In this document: positions 9,188 to 18,971 of the stretch, piece by piece
How the letters are laid out: every line of letters starts with the position of its first letter
Position numbering within the stretch: position 1 is the stretch's first letter
Source of the DNA: Candidatus Bipolaricaulota bacterium
GTDB lineage: Bacteria; Bipolaricaulota; Bipolaricaulia; UBA7950; UBA9294
Assembly: GCA_030603215.1 (NCBI GenBank)
Contig: JAUVYF010000001.1
Location: 9,257-73,256 of the forward strand
DNA length: 64,000 bases
Direction of reading: 5' to 3'
The notes under the pieces: generated by a model
Seen by the model: only the letters and a program-made list of their open reading frames with translations
Databases searched by the model: none
What the model was told of the DNA's origin: nothing
Position numbers and translations under genes: made by a program

Positions 9188-10261
9188 TTATGCGAGAGCT
9201 TGAAGGAGGCGCCTGATAATCGCAGCTGCTTGTTCCATATTGGCGATTGCAATCCATTCTTCGTTGGAATGTTCCTTTTTGCCGCCGTAACCAAGGACAA
9301 CAGAGGTGATTCCTCTCTTGCTTAGAACAAGTGCGTCCGTTCCTCCAGTAATTACCGCGGTTTTTGGCTGAAAGCCAGCAGAAGCAATTACTTGCTTGGC
9401 AACTTGTACCACTGGCGCCGTATCCGAAATCTGGAAAGCCTCATATTCTAGGTCAAGATCTACCTTAACCTTTGCTCCAAACTCATTTGCCGCTTCTTCG
9501 AACGCATCTTTTATTATTTCAGCCTGACGCATGCACTTATCATGGTTAAGACTGCGACATTCAGCTTTTATCGTGGCCTTCTCTGGTACACCGTTTCGAA
9601 TCATTCCCCCTTGGATGATCCCTATATTGGCGGTGGTTTCTTCATCGATGCGCCCTTCGGGCATTGAAGTGATGGCCTTAGCGGCAACGCGAATTGCGGA
9701 GATCCCTTTCTCCGGCTCCATCCCTGCATGGGCAGCCTTTCCAATGATCTCGATATCGATTGACATATGAGATGGTCCGCCGATAATTATTGTGTCAGGC
9801 TCGTCGCCATCAATGATAAACCCCATTTTGGCCTGCAGCATAGAGCAATCAACGTTCTTGGCTCCTACCAGGCCGATTTCCTCACTGCGGGTAATAAGGA
9901 TTTCTATTGGTGGTCGCTGCTCCGCGGTAAGTACTGCTTCAAAGATCTCCGCAATTCCAGCTTTATCATCAGCTCCAAGGACTGTATCTCCCGCCGAGCT
10001 GATTATGCCATCCTTGATGATTGGCTCGATGCCTTTTCCGGGCTTTACTGTATCAGCATGTGAACACAATAGAACTGGTGTGGTTTTTTCTGAGTTTTTC
10101 CCTGTGACCCGGGCAATCAAGTTCCCAAAAGCATCCAGCGCGCACTCTGCCCCAAGATCTTTCTCAAATAGTTCTTTCAGATAGTCGATGAACTGAGCCT
10201 CATCACCTGACTCACTGTCGATTCTTACCATGTCACAAAACTGCTTGGCGATGCGTTGCAT
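9188..10261 (-). CDS. M20-family metallopeptidase (peptidase T / tripeptidase-like)
   Basis: A 357-aa protein with metal-ligand motifs typical of M20 peptidases (LLCSHADTV; GADDKAGIAEIFE) and a dimerisation-domain-like middle section. Confidence 0.7.
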   Translation of the reverse strand: MQRIAKQFCDMVRIDSESGDEAQFIDYLKELFEKDLGAECALDAFGNLIARVTGKNSEKTTPVLLCSHADTVKPGKGIEPIIKDGIISSAGDTVLGADDKAGIAEIFEAVLTAEQRPPIEILITRSEEIGLVGAKNVDCSMLQAKMGFIIDGDEPDTIIIGGPSHMSIDIEIIGKAAHAGMEPEKGISAIRVAAKAITSMPEGRIDEETTANIGIIQGGMIRNGVPEKATIKAECRSLNHDKCMRQAEIIKDAFEEAANEFGAKVKVDLDLEYEAFQISDTAPVVQVAKQVIASAGFQPKTAVITGGTDALVLSKRGITSVVLGYGGKKEHSNEEWIAIANMEQAAAIIRRLLQALA

Positions 10262-10280
10262 GTAGCGCCCCTCCTTTAGG

Positions 10281-10580
10281 TTATCTCTTCTTTGCTTCCT
10301 TCACGAACCGGATGACGAGTTGGGTAAGGAAATCGTAGAATGCCTTTCTGTCGGCCATGACAAGGCCTTGTTTTTCTTTCACTTGCTGGACAACCTCTCT
10401 TAAGAAATTGTCGTCATATTTCGTAGCCCCCAGTGTTGCTAACTTGCTGAGTACCTCAAGGAGACGTAACGGTCCATAGTCCTTCGGTTCATCCTTTAGT
10501 TTTTCTGCACTTGCCGCAATGTAAGTACATATACCAAATAATTCACCTTTCTCCATTATACCTCCTGATATCTTTCCCAA
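10281..10580 (-). CDS. small hypothetical protein (99 aa)
   Basis: The ORF overlaps the nitroreductase stop by ~25 nt. No recognisable motif was found. The call rests on coding context alone. Confidence 0.35.
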   Translation of the reverse strand: MGKISGGIMEKGELFGICTYIAASAEKLKDEPKDYGPLRLLEVLSKLATLGATKYDDNFLREVVQQVKEKQGLVMADRKAFYDFLTQLVIRFVKEAKKR

Positions 10581-11101
10581 GATGTTATCTGTGAGAGGTC
10601 TTGCCTCTGCGGTGCGATAGGATGCTCGTTCGGGAAACCGAGCGCGACGAGCAAGATAGGCAAGATGCCATCTGGTAGCTCCAATAGTTCCTTTATTCCA
10701 GCTTCAGAAAAGGATGCTACTGCACAGGAGCCAAGATTCAAAGAATGAGCCATGAGCAGCATGTTTTGCACTGCCATAGCCGCTTCTTCAGCGGCAAGGA
10801 TTGGGCTCAATGTTTCTCCGAAGTTTCTCGTGCGTCTTTGGTCTGAACAAACTGCAATGGCAGTTGTGGCTTCTCCGGGGAAACCAGGGGAAAGGGTCTT
10901 AAGCGCCCCGAATTGCTTGGCTTCCTGGATCACGATAAATCGCCAGGATTGTACATTGCTAGGAGTAGGAGCCCATTGCCCCGCTTCTAAGATCTTCATG
11001 AGCATCTCCCGGGATACTTTCTCATCGGTATATGACCGTATGCTCCTTCTTTCCTTAATGGTTTCGAAGTTGATCTGTTCTTTGTTCTGCTCCATGATCA
11101 C
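10556..11101 (-). CDS. nitroreductase-family protein
   Basis: A 181-aa protein. The sequence ...IKERRSIRSYTDEKVSREMLMKILEAGQWAPTPSNVQSWRFIVI... is the hallmark nitroreductase N-terminal motif. Confidence 0.85.
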   Translation of the reverse strand: MIMEQNKEQINFETIKERRSIRSYTDEKVSREMLMKILEAGQWAPTPSNVQSWRFIVIQEAKQFGALKTLSPGFPGEATTAIAVCSDQRRTRNFGETLSPILAAEEAAMAVQNMLLMAHSLNLGSCAVASFSEAGIKELLELPDGILPILLVALGFPNEHPIAPQRQDLSQITSWERYQEV

Positions 11102-11246
11102 TCCTCTTCGTCTTGTGAGATTCCTTGCCTAATCTCCTTAGGTTAGATCTGCAGGGCCTCCATTGTCTTTATGGGTACGCCGGATAGATGTGCTTTCTTC
11201 TGTCAACATCTTGAGATAACAGTCAGGTCAAAAAAAGTGACGTGTT

Positions 11247-12359
11247 CTAACCAAGTTGTCTAATCCTGCTGTTCTTCTCAATTGGTCTGTACGGAATTTC
11301 ATACCTGAAGTGTTTCGGCCCAAAGAGTTCCAGTCCCCTTGATGACCGCCACAACTCTGGGGATGGATAGCCAACGACTGCCACTTCCCTCGCCTTTTTG
11401 CAGTTCGGGTTCGTGATCGCCTCCCCAGTCTTTGGATCGAGTACGCAGATGAGGTCGGGCACTGTCACATCGGGCTCATCATCGTACCATGAGACAATGT
11501 GCTCGTTCTTGTACCAAATACGATAGTGATGACCATGGTCATCCGCTTGGCCGGAGATGGTCAATTCACCGATGGTGAACCCCTCCTCAAACTTCCAATC
11601 GGCTTTTGCCACCTCTCCCTCGAACAAGAAGAACCCGTTGCCTGCACTGACCGCTGCTTGCACCGGATCGGCGCCGGAGGACCGAGCCTCCCGAACGGCC
11701 TTGCCGATGGTAAGTGCAGTGGTTAGCGTTCCCGGAACCACTGACATCTTCAGCGCCTTTCCGACCATCGGATGGTCGGTCACTCCCGCTCGGTCGTCGC
11801 TTACCACGGCGACCGCGCGCACGATCGCTTCCGCTCGATAATCATCGGAAACCTCTTTAACGATCAGCACATCACCCTTCGCGGTCGCTACGGCCAACGG
11901 AGCGATCGGCACGTCCTTGATGCAAAACGTCGTTTGCTGCAACTCGGGCACCGAACGACCAGCAGGATCGGCGTCGACGATAGGGATGCCCTGCCTGGCG
12001 GCGACACAGAGCGCGGCCGCGGTGTTTCCGCCGCCGATTTCCGTGGCAATGGCGGCAAAGAATGGTCGCCCCAGATCGGCTTCCAAGGCCTTGAATGCTT
12101 CCAAGCATTCCATTTCCTCATCGCCCTGAGAGGTGCTTGTGCCCACGCCCTCTGGAGAGACGCTGCCACACATGTACGGCGAGGCAACCAATGCGTCATC
12201 AGGGACTTCCTCAAGGCCGATCAATTTGAACTCTCTACCAGCTGCCAAGTTGCTTTGGATGAGCCGGAGTCCCCGGGTGGGACTCCCACCACCACCTGTT
12301 CCTAGGATAGTGCAGCCTCGAATCATGTCTTCCAGTTGTTGCTCGTCTAGCGTGTGCAT
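11247..12359 (-). CDS. DUF917-family protein
   Basis: A 370-aa protein with the N-terminal glycine-rich motif CTILGTGGGGSP that I recall as characteristic of DUF917 (PF06032). This family is often found beside hydantoinase and racemase genes. Confidence 0.6.
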   Translation of the reverse strand: MHTLDEQQLEDMIRGCTILGTGGGGSPTRGLRLIQSNLAAGREFKLIGLEEVPDDALVASPYMCGSVSPEGVGTSTSQGDEEMECLEAFKALEADLGRPFFAAIATEIGGGNTAAALCVAARQGIPIVDADPAGRSVPELQQTTFCIKDVPIAPLAVATAKGDVLIVKEVSDDYRAEAIVRAVAVVSDDRAGVTDHPMVGKALKMSVVPGTLTTALTIGKAVREARSSGADPVQAAVSAGNGFFLFEGEVAKADWKFEEGFTIGELTISGQADDHGHHYRIWYKNEHIVSWYDDEPDVTVPDLICVLDPKTGEAITNPNCKKAREVAVVGYPSPELWRSSRGLELFGPKHFRYEIPYRPIEKNSRIRQLG

Positions 12360-12378
12360 AGTATGTCCCTCCTTATGC

Positions 12379-13236
12379 TTATCTTCTCTTGCGTCTCATC
12401 TTGGGATCAAGGATCTCCCTAAGCCCATCTCCCACTAGATTGAATGACAAAACAGCGATAAAGATGGCCAGACCAGGAAAGGTGACAATCCACCAATGGG
12501 TGAGGAAAAATGTCCGTCCTGTGCTGACCATTAGGCCCCATTCGGGTGTGGGAGGTTGTGCACCCAATCCCAAGAAACTGAGAGCAGCCGAGGTCAACAT
12601 GATCGAGCCAAAATCCATCGAGGCCTGGATAACGATTGGGGTCAAGCAGTTGGGGAGAACATGTCTGAAGACAATCTTTCCCTGTGATGCCCCCATCGCT
12701 CTGGCCGCTTGTACAAAATCTCTCTCTCGAACCGAGATTGCTTCACTACGCAGTAGTCTTGTGTACCATGGCCACCAGGCGATGGCGATGGCGATCATCG
12801 CATTGACTAGGTTCGGGCCCAACAATGTGGAGATAGCCATAGCCAACAACAGCGGGGGGAAGCTTAGGAATACATCCGTTATCCGCATGATCACTTCATC
12901 GAGCATCCCACCGGAGTAACCGGCCACTACACCCAGCGGCACCCCGATGGTCAGCGCGAGCCCAATCGCAATCGCTCCAACCTGCAACGAGAGCCGAGAG
13001 CCGTATAAGACCCGACTGAAGACGTCCCGTCCCAGCTCATCAGTTCCAAAAAAATGTTGGGAACTAGGTGATAGAAACCTGTTATCAATATGCGTCTCAG
13101 CAGTATCGTGAGGAAAAGGCACGATCAATGGAGCTGTCAAAGCGATCAAGACCAAAAGGAAAACAACTGATAGCCCCATTGTAGTTAGACGATTCTTCAG
13201 TATGAGCCGAACTGTACGAGGTAATCGTTTGGACAT
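12379..13236 (-). CDS. peptide/nickel-type ABC transporter permease (DppC/OppC-like)
   Basis: A 285-aa membrane protein with a BPD_transp_1 EAA-type loop (FVQAARAMGASQGKIVFRHVLPNCLTPIVIQASMDFGSIMLTSAALSFLGLG). Confidence 0.85.
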   Translation of the reverse strand: MSKRLPRTVRLILKNRLTTMGLSVVFLLVLIALTAPLIVPFPHDTAETHIDNRFLSPSSQHFFGTDELGRDVFSRVLYGSRLSLQVGAIAIGLALTIGVPLGVVAGYSGGMLDEVIMRITDVFLSFPPLLLAMAISTLLGPNLVNAMIAIAIAWWPWYTRLLRSEAISVRERDFVQAARAMGASQGKIVFRHVLPNCLTPIVIQASMDFGSIMLTSAALSFLGLGAQPPTPEWGLMVSTGRTFFLTHWWIVTFPGLAIFIAVLSFNLVGDGLREILDPKMRRKRR

Positions 13237-13238
13237 TT

Positions 13239-14255
13239 CTAACCGAGCCTAACGCGGGGATCCAAGAAAGCTTGGATGAGGTCAACAAGGAGATTCAAGA
13301 CGACATAGGTAAAAGCGATCAGAATTGTCACGCCCATGATCGCTGGGTAATCGACGGATATGATAGCCCTTGAGCCGTATTGACCCAAGCCTGGCCACGT
13401 GAACACGGACTCAATGAGAAAGGTTCCCACCAGCGAATAGGCGAACGTTAGGGCTCCTACAGTGATCACCGGTCCGATGGCGTTTCGCAGGGCGTACATG
13501 CTGAGAATCTTCCGCTCGCGCAATCCGCAAGCCCTAGCCGTTCTGATGTAGTCCTCTCCCAGGACCTCCAACATCGTGGCGCGGGTCATCCGCGCCGACA
13601 GCCCCAAAGGATAGGCCGCCAATGTGATCCCCGGTAGAACGATGTGGGAGAGCGCGCTACCGAACGCGGTGAAATTTCCGGTGATCAATGAATCGAAGAG
13701 GTAGAGCCCGGTGATGTGCTCGATCGGTGCGGTGAAACGCGTCATCATAGCAACACGCCCCGCCAATGGGAATAAGCCGAGCTGTTTGAAGAACACGAGC
13801 TGCAGGATCATTCCCAACCAGAACGTCGGCAACGCAACCCCGACGATCGAAAACAGTCGACTGCCGTGATCTACCATTGTTCCGTCGCGGACAGCGGATA
13901 CAATTCCCAGTGGAATCCCGACAGCAAAGCCAAGGAACATGCCGAAGATGATCAGTTCCAGTGAGGCGGGAAAATAGGTGGTAATATCCTTCAGCACCGG
14001 CTGATGGGTGCGAATGGAGACCCCCCAGTCACCGCGAAGGAAGTTGGCGACGTACTTGAAATAGCGGATATGAACCGGCTTATCCAACCCCAGTTCGATT
14101 CTCGCCTTTTCAATCTGCTCCAGTTTCGCGTGCGGTCCGACCCATCGCATTGCTGGGTTGGAGGGGACGATCACTGTCAACAGGAACGTGAGCACAGATA
14201 CGCCGAACATGACGACTAAGGCCAGTCCTAATCGACGAATGATGTACGCGGTCAT
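13239..14255 (-). CDS. peptide/nickel-type ABC transporter permease (DppB/OppB-like)
   Basis: A 338-aa protein. Its N-terminus (MTAYIIRRLGLALVVMFGVSVLTFLL...) is typical of DppB/OppB. Confidence 0.85.
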   Translation of the reverse strand: MTAYIIRRLGLALVVMFGVSVLTFLLTVIVPSNPAMRWVGPHAKLEQIEKARIELGLDKPVHIRYFKYVANFLRGDWGVSIRTHQPVLKDITTYFPASLELIIFGMFLGFAVGIPLGIVSAVRDGTMVDHGSRLFSIVGVALPTFWLGMILQLVFFKQLGLFPLAGRVAMMTRFTAPIEHITGLYLFDSLITGNFTAFGSALSHIVLPGITLAAYPLGLSARMTRATMLEVLGEDYIRTARACGLRERKILSMYALRNAIGPVITVGALTFAYSLVGTFLIESVFTWPGLGQYGSRAIISVDYPAIMGVTILIAFTYVVLNLLVDLIQAFLDPRVRLG

Positions 14256-14328
14256 ATATCCTCGGTTGTCCTAACAGCTTTTAAAAAACGAGCGGGGAGT
14301 GATGCTCCCCGCTCTGGCTGAGCTACTG

Positions 14329-15912
14329 TTACTCTTCCCGGTAGCAATCGTACCAGAAGACGACGTGCGTGTAGGCAGGGTTGTCGACATATCCCTTGAG
14401 GGACGTCCGCACTGCCCGCATCGAACTCATGTCGTAGATCGCTACCCCAGCCGCATCCGCCATGAGGATGTTCTGGGCTTCCACGTACAGCTGTGTGGCT
14501 GCTTGTCTGTCAGACAGGGCCTTTTCCTTTGCCGCGTTGATCAGGGCATCGAAAACCGGGTTGCTGTAGTAGGAGAAGTTGAACAGAATGGGCTGAGTCT
14601 CGAACATCGCGCTCAAGAAGGAATGGGGATCGGCGTAGTCCGGCCACCAGTAGAACAGCAAGATGTCCTGTCGATCATTTGGATCAGCGGCGGCGCCCAG
14701 ATCGACCTGCGCCTCCCACGGCATCCCTCTGATCTCCAGCTCAACGCCCAGCTTGGTGAGTTCCGACTTCCACAGCTCGGCGGTTCTTCGTTCGTTCTCG
14801 TCGCCGGCCACGTAGGTCAGCACGACCTTGAACCCTCCGTCCGGATAACCGGCCTGTTCGAGGAGCACCTTGGCCGTTGCAGGACTGAAAGTATATTGCT
14901 TCACTTGGTCCGAGTTGCCCCACAGGCCAAAGGGGATAACACCGCGGGACTGCCGGGCGTAGCCGCCCATGACCCCCTCAATGACGTCATCGTAAGGAAG
15001 GGCGTACGCGAGCGCTTTTCGCACCAGCGGATTGCCGATCGGTTCGTCTGTGCTCTTTGCTGTGTTGAACAGGGCGAGCAGGTTCTGGAACGACGGCACG
15101 CTGACGATCTCCACACCGGGGACCCCTCGCAGCGCTTCCAACTCGGACGCGGCCAACCGTTGGGTGAAGTCCGCCTCGCCGGATTCGACCATCAGCCGTC
15201 GTGTCCCTTCCTCGGGAACCCATTGGAACACGACCTTGTCGAAGTGTTTGCCTTCCCAGCCTCCCCAGTAATCATCGAACTGCTTCAAGATGACGAGCGT
15301 GTTCCCCTCGTTGCTCTCGATGGTATAGGGCCCGGTTCCCGAATCGTTCCCCTCGTAGAACCAGTCGCGGTCTGAGTTATCTGGGTCGAAGATGTGCGCG
15401 CAGTAGGCCGCCGACGCGGCTATGTCGAGCGGCGCAGGGTAGCTGAGATGGAACACGACCGTGTATTTGTCCTTTGCTTCGATCGACTCCACCGGATCCC
15501 AGATGTAGAAAGCCCCTTTTTCGCCGGCGATCGTCCGGTCGATGGAGAACTTCACCGCCTCCGCGTCCATCTCTCCGCCGGTGTGGAACTTCACACCCTT
15601 TCTTAAGTTGAACGTCCACGTCAATCCATCCGCCGAGCTCTCGTAGCTTGTCGCCAGTACAGGCGTAAACTCACCCGTAACCGAATCGTAGCGCACGAGG
15701 GTCTCGTACAGGTTGTTCATAACGATGACCTCATTGGAGAACCCTTCACTGGGATCCCAGAAGACCACAACCTCGCTGGAATTCACATAGACCCCGACTT
15801 GAGGCTCCTGCGCTGAGACGATGGTGACGCAAGCAAGAAGGACGGACAGCAACACAGACAACCCTACAACACCATGCCAACTCACTCTACCTTTCTTTTT
15901 AAACATCGACAT
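14329..15912 (-). CDS. ABC transporter substrate-binding protein, family 5 (peptide/opine/nickel type)
   Basis: A 527-aa protein with a signal peptide and an SBP_bac_5-like core (...VVFWDPSEGFSNEVIVMNNLYETLVRYDSVTGEFTPVLATSYESSADGLTWTFNLRKGVKFHTGGEMDAEAVKFS...). Confidence 0.85.
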   Translation of the reverse strand: MSMFKKKGRVSWHGVVGLSVLLSVLLACVTIVSAQEPQVGVYVNSSEVVVFWDPSEGFSNEVIVMNNLYETLVRYDSVTGEFTPVLATSYESSADGLTWTFNLRKGVKFHTGGEMDAEAVKFSIDRTIAGEKGAFYIWDPVESIEAKDKYTVVFHLSYPAPLDIAASAAYCAHIFDPDNSDRDWFYEGNDSGTGPYTIESNEGNTLVILKQFDDYWGGWEGKHFDKVVFQWVPEEGTRRLMVESGEADFTQRLAASELEALRGVPGVEIVSVPSFQNLLALFNTAKSTDEPIGNPLVRKALAYALPYDDVIEGVMGGYARQSRGVIPFGLWGNSDQVKQYTFSPATAKVLLEQAGYPDGGFKVVLTYVAGDENERRTAELWKSELTKLGVELEIRGMPWEAQVDLGAAADPNDRQDILLFYWWPDYADPHSFLSAMFETQPILFNFSYYSNPVFDALINAAKEKALSDRQAATQLYVEAQNILMADAAGVAIYDMSSMRAVRTSLKGYVDNPAYTHVVFWYDCYREE

Positions 15913-15996
15913 CCCTCCTTTTTGAATACTTAGCCAATATTCTTTCTACTTCTGCTTCTGCCATCACCTCCCTATTGACTTACTTTTGGTAGTTGC

Positions 15997-16707
15997 TTAA
16001 TACCCTTTAATCTTGTCATAACGAGCGGACAGATACAAACCGCCGCGATGGTGCCGCAACCCCAACTTGACGAGGAGTTCCGCCATCTTGAACGTCGTTG
16101 CCGCCGGTTCAACCAGAGGCATGGAAAGTCGCTCGCGGACGGTCTGGGCTACGGACACCATCCCAGTGCATCCCAATACGATGACCTCTGCCCCGTCTCT
16201 TTTGATCGCCGCTGTCGCGGCTTCAACGATCGCGGCGGCGGTCTTCTCGGGTCCTTTCTCCAGGTCGAGCACGGGGACGTCGATGCCGATTGCGGAGGCG
16301 AGTCTTGACTCAATGCCCAGTTTCCTTGCCTGCCAGCCAACCCAGTAGGGTGTGTTGGGCAGAACGGAGACGACAGAGAATCTGGCCCCCAGATGGAGGG
16401 CGACGGACATCGAGGTCTCCGCGGGTCCGAGGACGATCTTGCCGGTGATCTCCCTGGCGGCATCAACGGCAGGATCGGCAAAGCAATTGACTACGATTGC
16501 ATCGACCGTATCGTGTTTTTCTCTGACCAGCCGCAGGATCTCAGGCCCGGCGTAGACTGCGTCGTGAAAGGTCTCGATCGATGTTGGTCCTTTCTGAACG
16601 CGTGCTACCTCTACTTCTGTTTCCGGATCAGCAAGTCGCTGGAAGTATTCTCTATCGCCCTTCAGCAGCTCTTCACCGGTAACCGGACTGATGACCAAGA
16701 TTTTCAT
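15997..16707 (-). CDS. Asp/Glu/hydantoin-racemase-family protein, paralog 1
   Basis: A 236-aa protein starting MKILVISPV, with a glycine/Cys-containing ...VIVLGCTGM... segment typical of PF01177-fold racemases. Confidence 0.7.
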   Translation of the reverse strand: MKILVISPVTGEELLKGDREYFQRLADPETEVEVARVQKGPTSIETFHDAVYAGPEILRLVREKHDTVDAIVVNCFADPAVDAAREITGKIVLGPAETSMSVALHLGARFSVVSVLPNTPYWVGWQARKLGIESRLASAIGIDVPVLDLEKGPEKTAAAIVEAATAAIKRDGAEVIVLGCTGMVSVAQTVRERLSMPLVEPAATTFKMAELLVKLGLRHHRGGLYLSARYDKIKGY

Positions 16708-16720
16708 GCGCCTCTCCTTT

Positions 16721-17392
16721 TCACTGTACGCATTCCCTCAACGTCAAAGCCAATAACGATCGGACTAGGATGACCGGTGTTCCTGTTATCTCACGCACCT
16801 GCCCTTTCATCTCTAGGCTGTAGCCGAAGCAATCCATGACCACAAGAGCGACCTTTTCCTTCAACCGGTTGGCGGCGTTGAGAATCTCATTCCCGTTGGC
16901 GTATGGGGAGGCGCCAACCACTATCGGCTCAAAGCCCAGTTCTTGATAGACTACTATGGTTGCGCCCACCTGCTTTTCCGAGGGGACCATTACTCCAAGC
17001 TCCCCCTTGATCGAGATTGATGAGAGTACACCGGACAGGAGGTTTGCCGGAAGAATCAACGGGGCTTCGGAGCGAAGAGGCGGAAACTCATCGGAACAGA
17101 GAAGCGCGATGATATCTGCGCCTTCACCGTTCAGGTCAAGAATCGCTTGCTGCACCCGAGGGCAAATGCCGTGCTTGTCCACTGCCACCTCTGTGCCATT
17201 CCGCAGTTTGGTTACAAGGTGATCCTTCTCTTCTGTCGGCCGCAGACCCGCTATCTCATCGGCAGTCAGGCCATCGAGTGCGCCCTTTTGCAGGAAAGTG
17301 ACAGTCTGCGACATTCGGCTGTCTTTGATGATCCTCTCAAGCTCTGCGACCACGTCGCTTATTGGCGACTGGCCGATTGTCACCACTCCCAT
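16721..17392 (-). CDS. AroM-family / racemase-fold protein, paralog 2; start taken at the internal ATG at 17392
   Basis: The listed ORF extends to 17698, but its first ~100 aa are low-complexity Arg-rich read-through. A plausible start MGVVTIGQSPISDVV sits at the ATG at 17392, 2 nt downstream of the upstream gene's stop. The protein resembles the AroM family (PF07302). Confidence 0.55.
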   Translation of the reverse strand: MGVVTIGQSPISDVVAELERIIKDSRMSQTVTFLQKGALDGLTADEIAGLRPTEEKDHLVTKLRNGTEVAVDKHGICPRVQQAILDLNGEGADIIALLCSDEFPPLRSEAPLILPANLLSGVLSSISIKGELGVMVPSEKQVGATIVVYQELGFEPIVVGASPYANGNEILNAANRLKEKVALVVMDCFGYSLEMKGQVREITGTPVILVRSLLALTLRECVQ

Positions 17393-17397
17393 TGTTC

Positions 17398-18174
17398 TCA
17401 CGCTTGTTCTCTCGATTGACGCCTGGGAATGCAAAAAGCCCGCTTGCTCTGTGTTAGCTGCATATCGATCAGATCCTCGCAAAGTTTCAACGCAGCGATT
17501 CCAGGGACGACCACCGGAGCGCCCAGTCTCTGAATCTCTTCGGTTGGGACAAGCATACTGCCGCAGCCAAGTACTATGGTGTCTGCCCCGTCCTCTTCGA
17601 TTGCTTTTGTTGCCTCGCTCAGCAATCTGTCGGCCTGTATCTGTTTTCCCCTTTCCAGTTGCCGGATTGGAAGAGCGACGGACCGCACAGACGCACATTC
17701 GTCTGCAAAACCGTACAGTCTCAATAGATCCTTGATGTCGGTGAATGCACAGTCAGCTGGGCCGGCACTGATGATGGAGAACGCCGTTCCCAGAAGAGTT
17801 GCGAAGTGTACGCTCGCCTCGCAGAGCCCTACGACGGGGATTTCCAAGCGTTCCTTGGCGGCCCGCAATCCCGGATCGTCGAAACAGTAATCGATCACGC
17901 CGTGGTATCCCTCTTGCTCGGCGCGCTCGGCCTCACGGACGAGGAACGTCGCGGCAAAGACTTCGTCATAACAGCACTCGATTGCCTTTGGACCGTCCTT
18001 GATATTGACGATATCGATCTGCGTGTTTGCGTCCTTGTAGCCCTCAAGCAATTTCCTTGCAGGTGCATTCCACTCGTCGGTGGAAACTGGAACCACAATC
18101 CGTATTCTCTTCTTCCTTACTTTGCCCTGCAAGCACGCTCCCTTCTGTTCATTGCCACAGCTCTGCCGCCCCAA
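17398..18174 (-). CDS. Asp/Glu/hydantoin-racemase-family protein, paralog 3 (hydantoin-racemase-like)
   Basis: ...KRIRIVVPVSTDEWN...DTIVLGCGSM... The true start may lie downstream of the listed Met. Confidence 0.65.
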   Translation of the reverse strand: MGRQSCGNEQKGACLQGKVRKKRIRIVVPVSTDEWNAPARKLLEGYKDANTQIDIVNIKDGPKAIECCYDEVFAATFLVREAERAEQEGYHGVIDYCFDDPGLRAAKERLEIPVVGLCEASVHFATLLGTAFSIISAGPADCAFTDIKDLLRLYGFADECASVRSVALPIRQLERGKQIQADRLLSEATKAIEEDGADTIVLGCGSMLVPTEEIQRLGAPVVVPGIAALKLCEDLIDMQLTQSKRAFCIPRRQSREQA

Positions 18175-18904
18175 GCTGCCATCTCAATATCTCTTCTCTT
18201 GGTGGGGTCTTGTAGGCACCAACCTTGGAATGTGCCCAACCAAATCGGTTCTTGATCTCTACCAAGAATTCGGTGTACTTCACCGCGGCGATTCCCGGAT
18301 CAATAACAGGCACCCCCAAGTCTTGTTGTAACCGTTTGTAGAAACCGTGTGCTCCTGTGCAACCCAGGATGATGACTTCGGCCCTATCGTTTTCAATCGC
18401 TTCTTCAGCCATTTCTCTGAATCGTCTGAGGGTGGCCTGTCTGTCTTGTTGGAGCTCGAGCACTCCGATCTCGGCCGATTTGAAAGAAGCTAATCTGTTC
18501 CACAATCCCGCATTCCTGAGATGGGCTTCCATCTCAGGAATGCAATTTCCGTGGGTGACAAGGACTGAGAACGAATTTCCCAACGTCGCTGCGATGTGTA
18601 TTGACGCTTCACCAGGACCCACGACCAGGATGTTCTCGGTGATCTCTCGGCCTTCCTCAAGTCCCGGATCCAAGAAACAACCGACAATGACCGCATCAAA
18701 GCCTTCGTTCTCGGCTTGTTTGATCATGGCCAGAAGCTGCATCAGGATGGCGGCGCGGTAGATCTTATACTGCAGATGTTCAGGGCCTGTCCCCAAGGAC
18801 CGGTACTTAAGTTGTGTCTGGGCATCCACCACTCGAGTGAGAATCGCCATCTCCTGTGGATCGTCATCCCGAACGGGATTGATATACAGGATCTTCTTCT
18901 CCAT
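18149..18904 (-). CDS. Asp/Glu/hydantoin-racemase-family protein, paralog 4
   Basis: MEKKILYINPV...DAVIVGCFLDPGLEEGR...VIILGCTGAHG; PF01177-like. Confidence 0.7.
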   Translation of the reverse strand: MEKKILYINPVRDDDPQEMAILTRVVDAQTQLKYRSLGTGPEHLQYKIYRAAILMQLLAMIKQAENEGFDAVIVGCFLDPGLEEGREITENILVVGPGEASIHIAATLGNSFSVLVTHGNCIPEMEAHLRNAGLWNRLASFKSAEIGVLELQQDRQATLRRFREMAEEAIENDRAEVIILGCTGAHGFYKRLQQDLGVPVIDPGIAAVKYTEFLVEIKNRFGWAHSKVGAYKTPPREEILRWQLGAAELWQ

Positions 18905-18971
18905 AACGGGGCCTTTCTATTCTGCTAGAGGTGAAAAGCGCAGCCAAGCCGTGTTTCGCACGGTCGGCAGC

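Noticed and set aside
16721-17698. The N-terminal ~100-aa Arg-rich extension of the AroM-like ORF (and similar upstream extensions of the M29-like, rsfS, purP, purQ, purS and thiL ORFs).
   Set aside because: The extensions read through intergenic or upstream-gene sequence and are low-complexity. Internal Met codons coincide with gene-junction overlaps or ribosome-binding sites, so the shorter forms were used.
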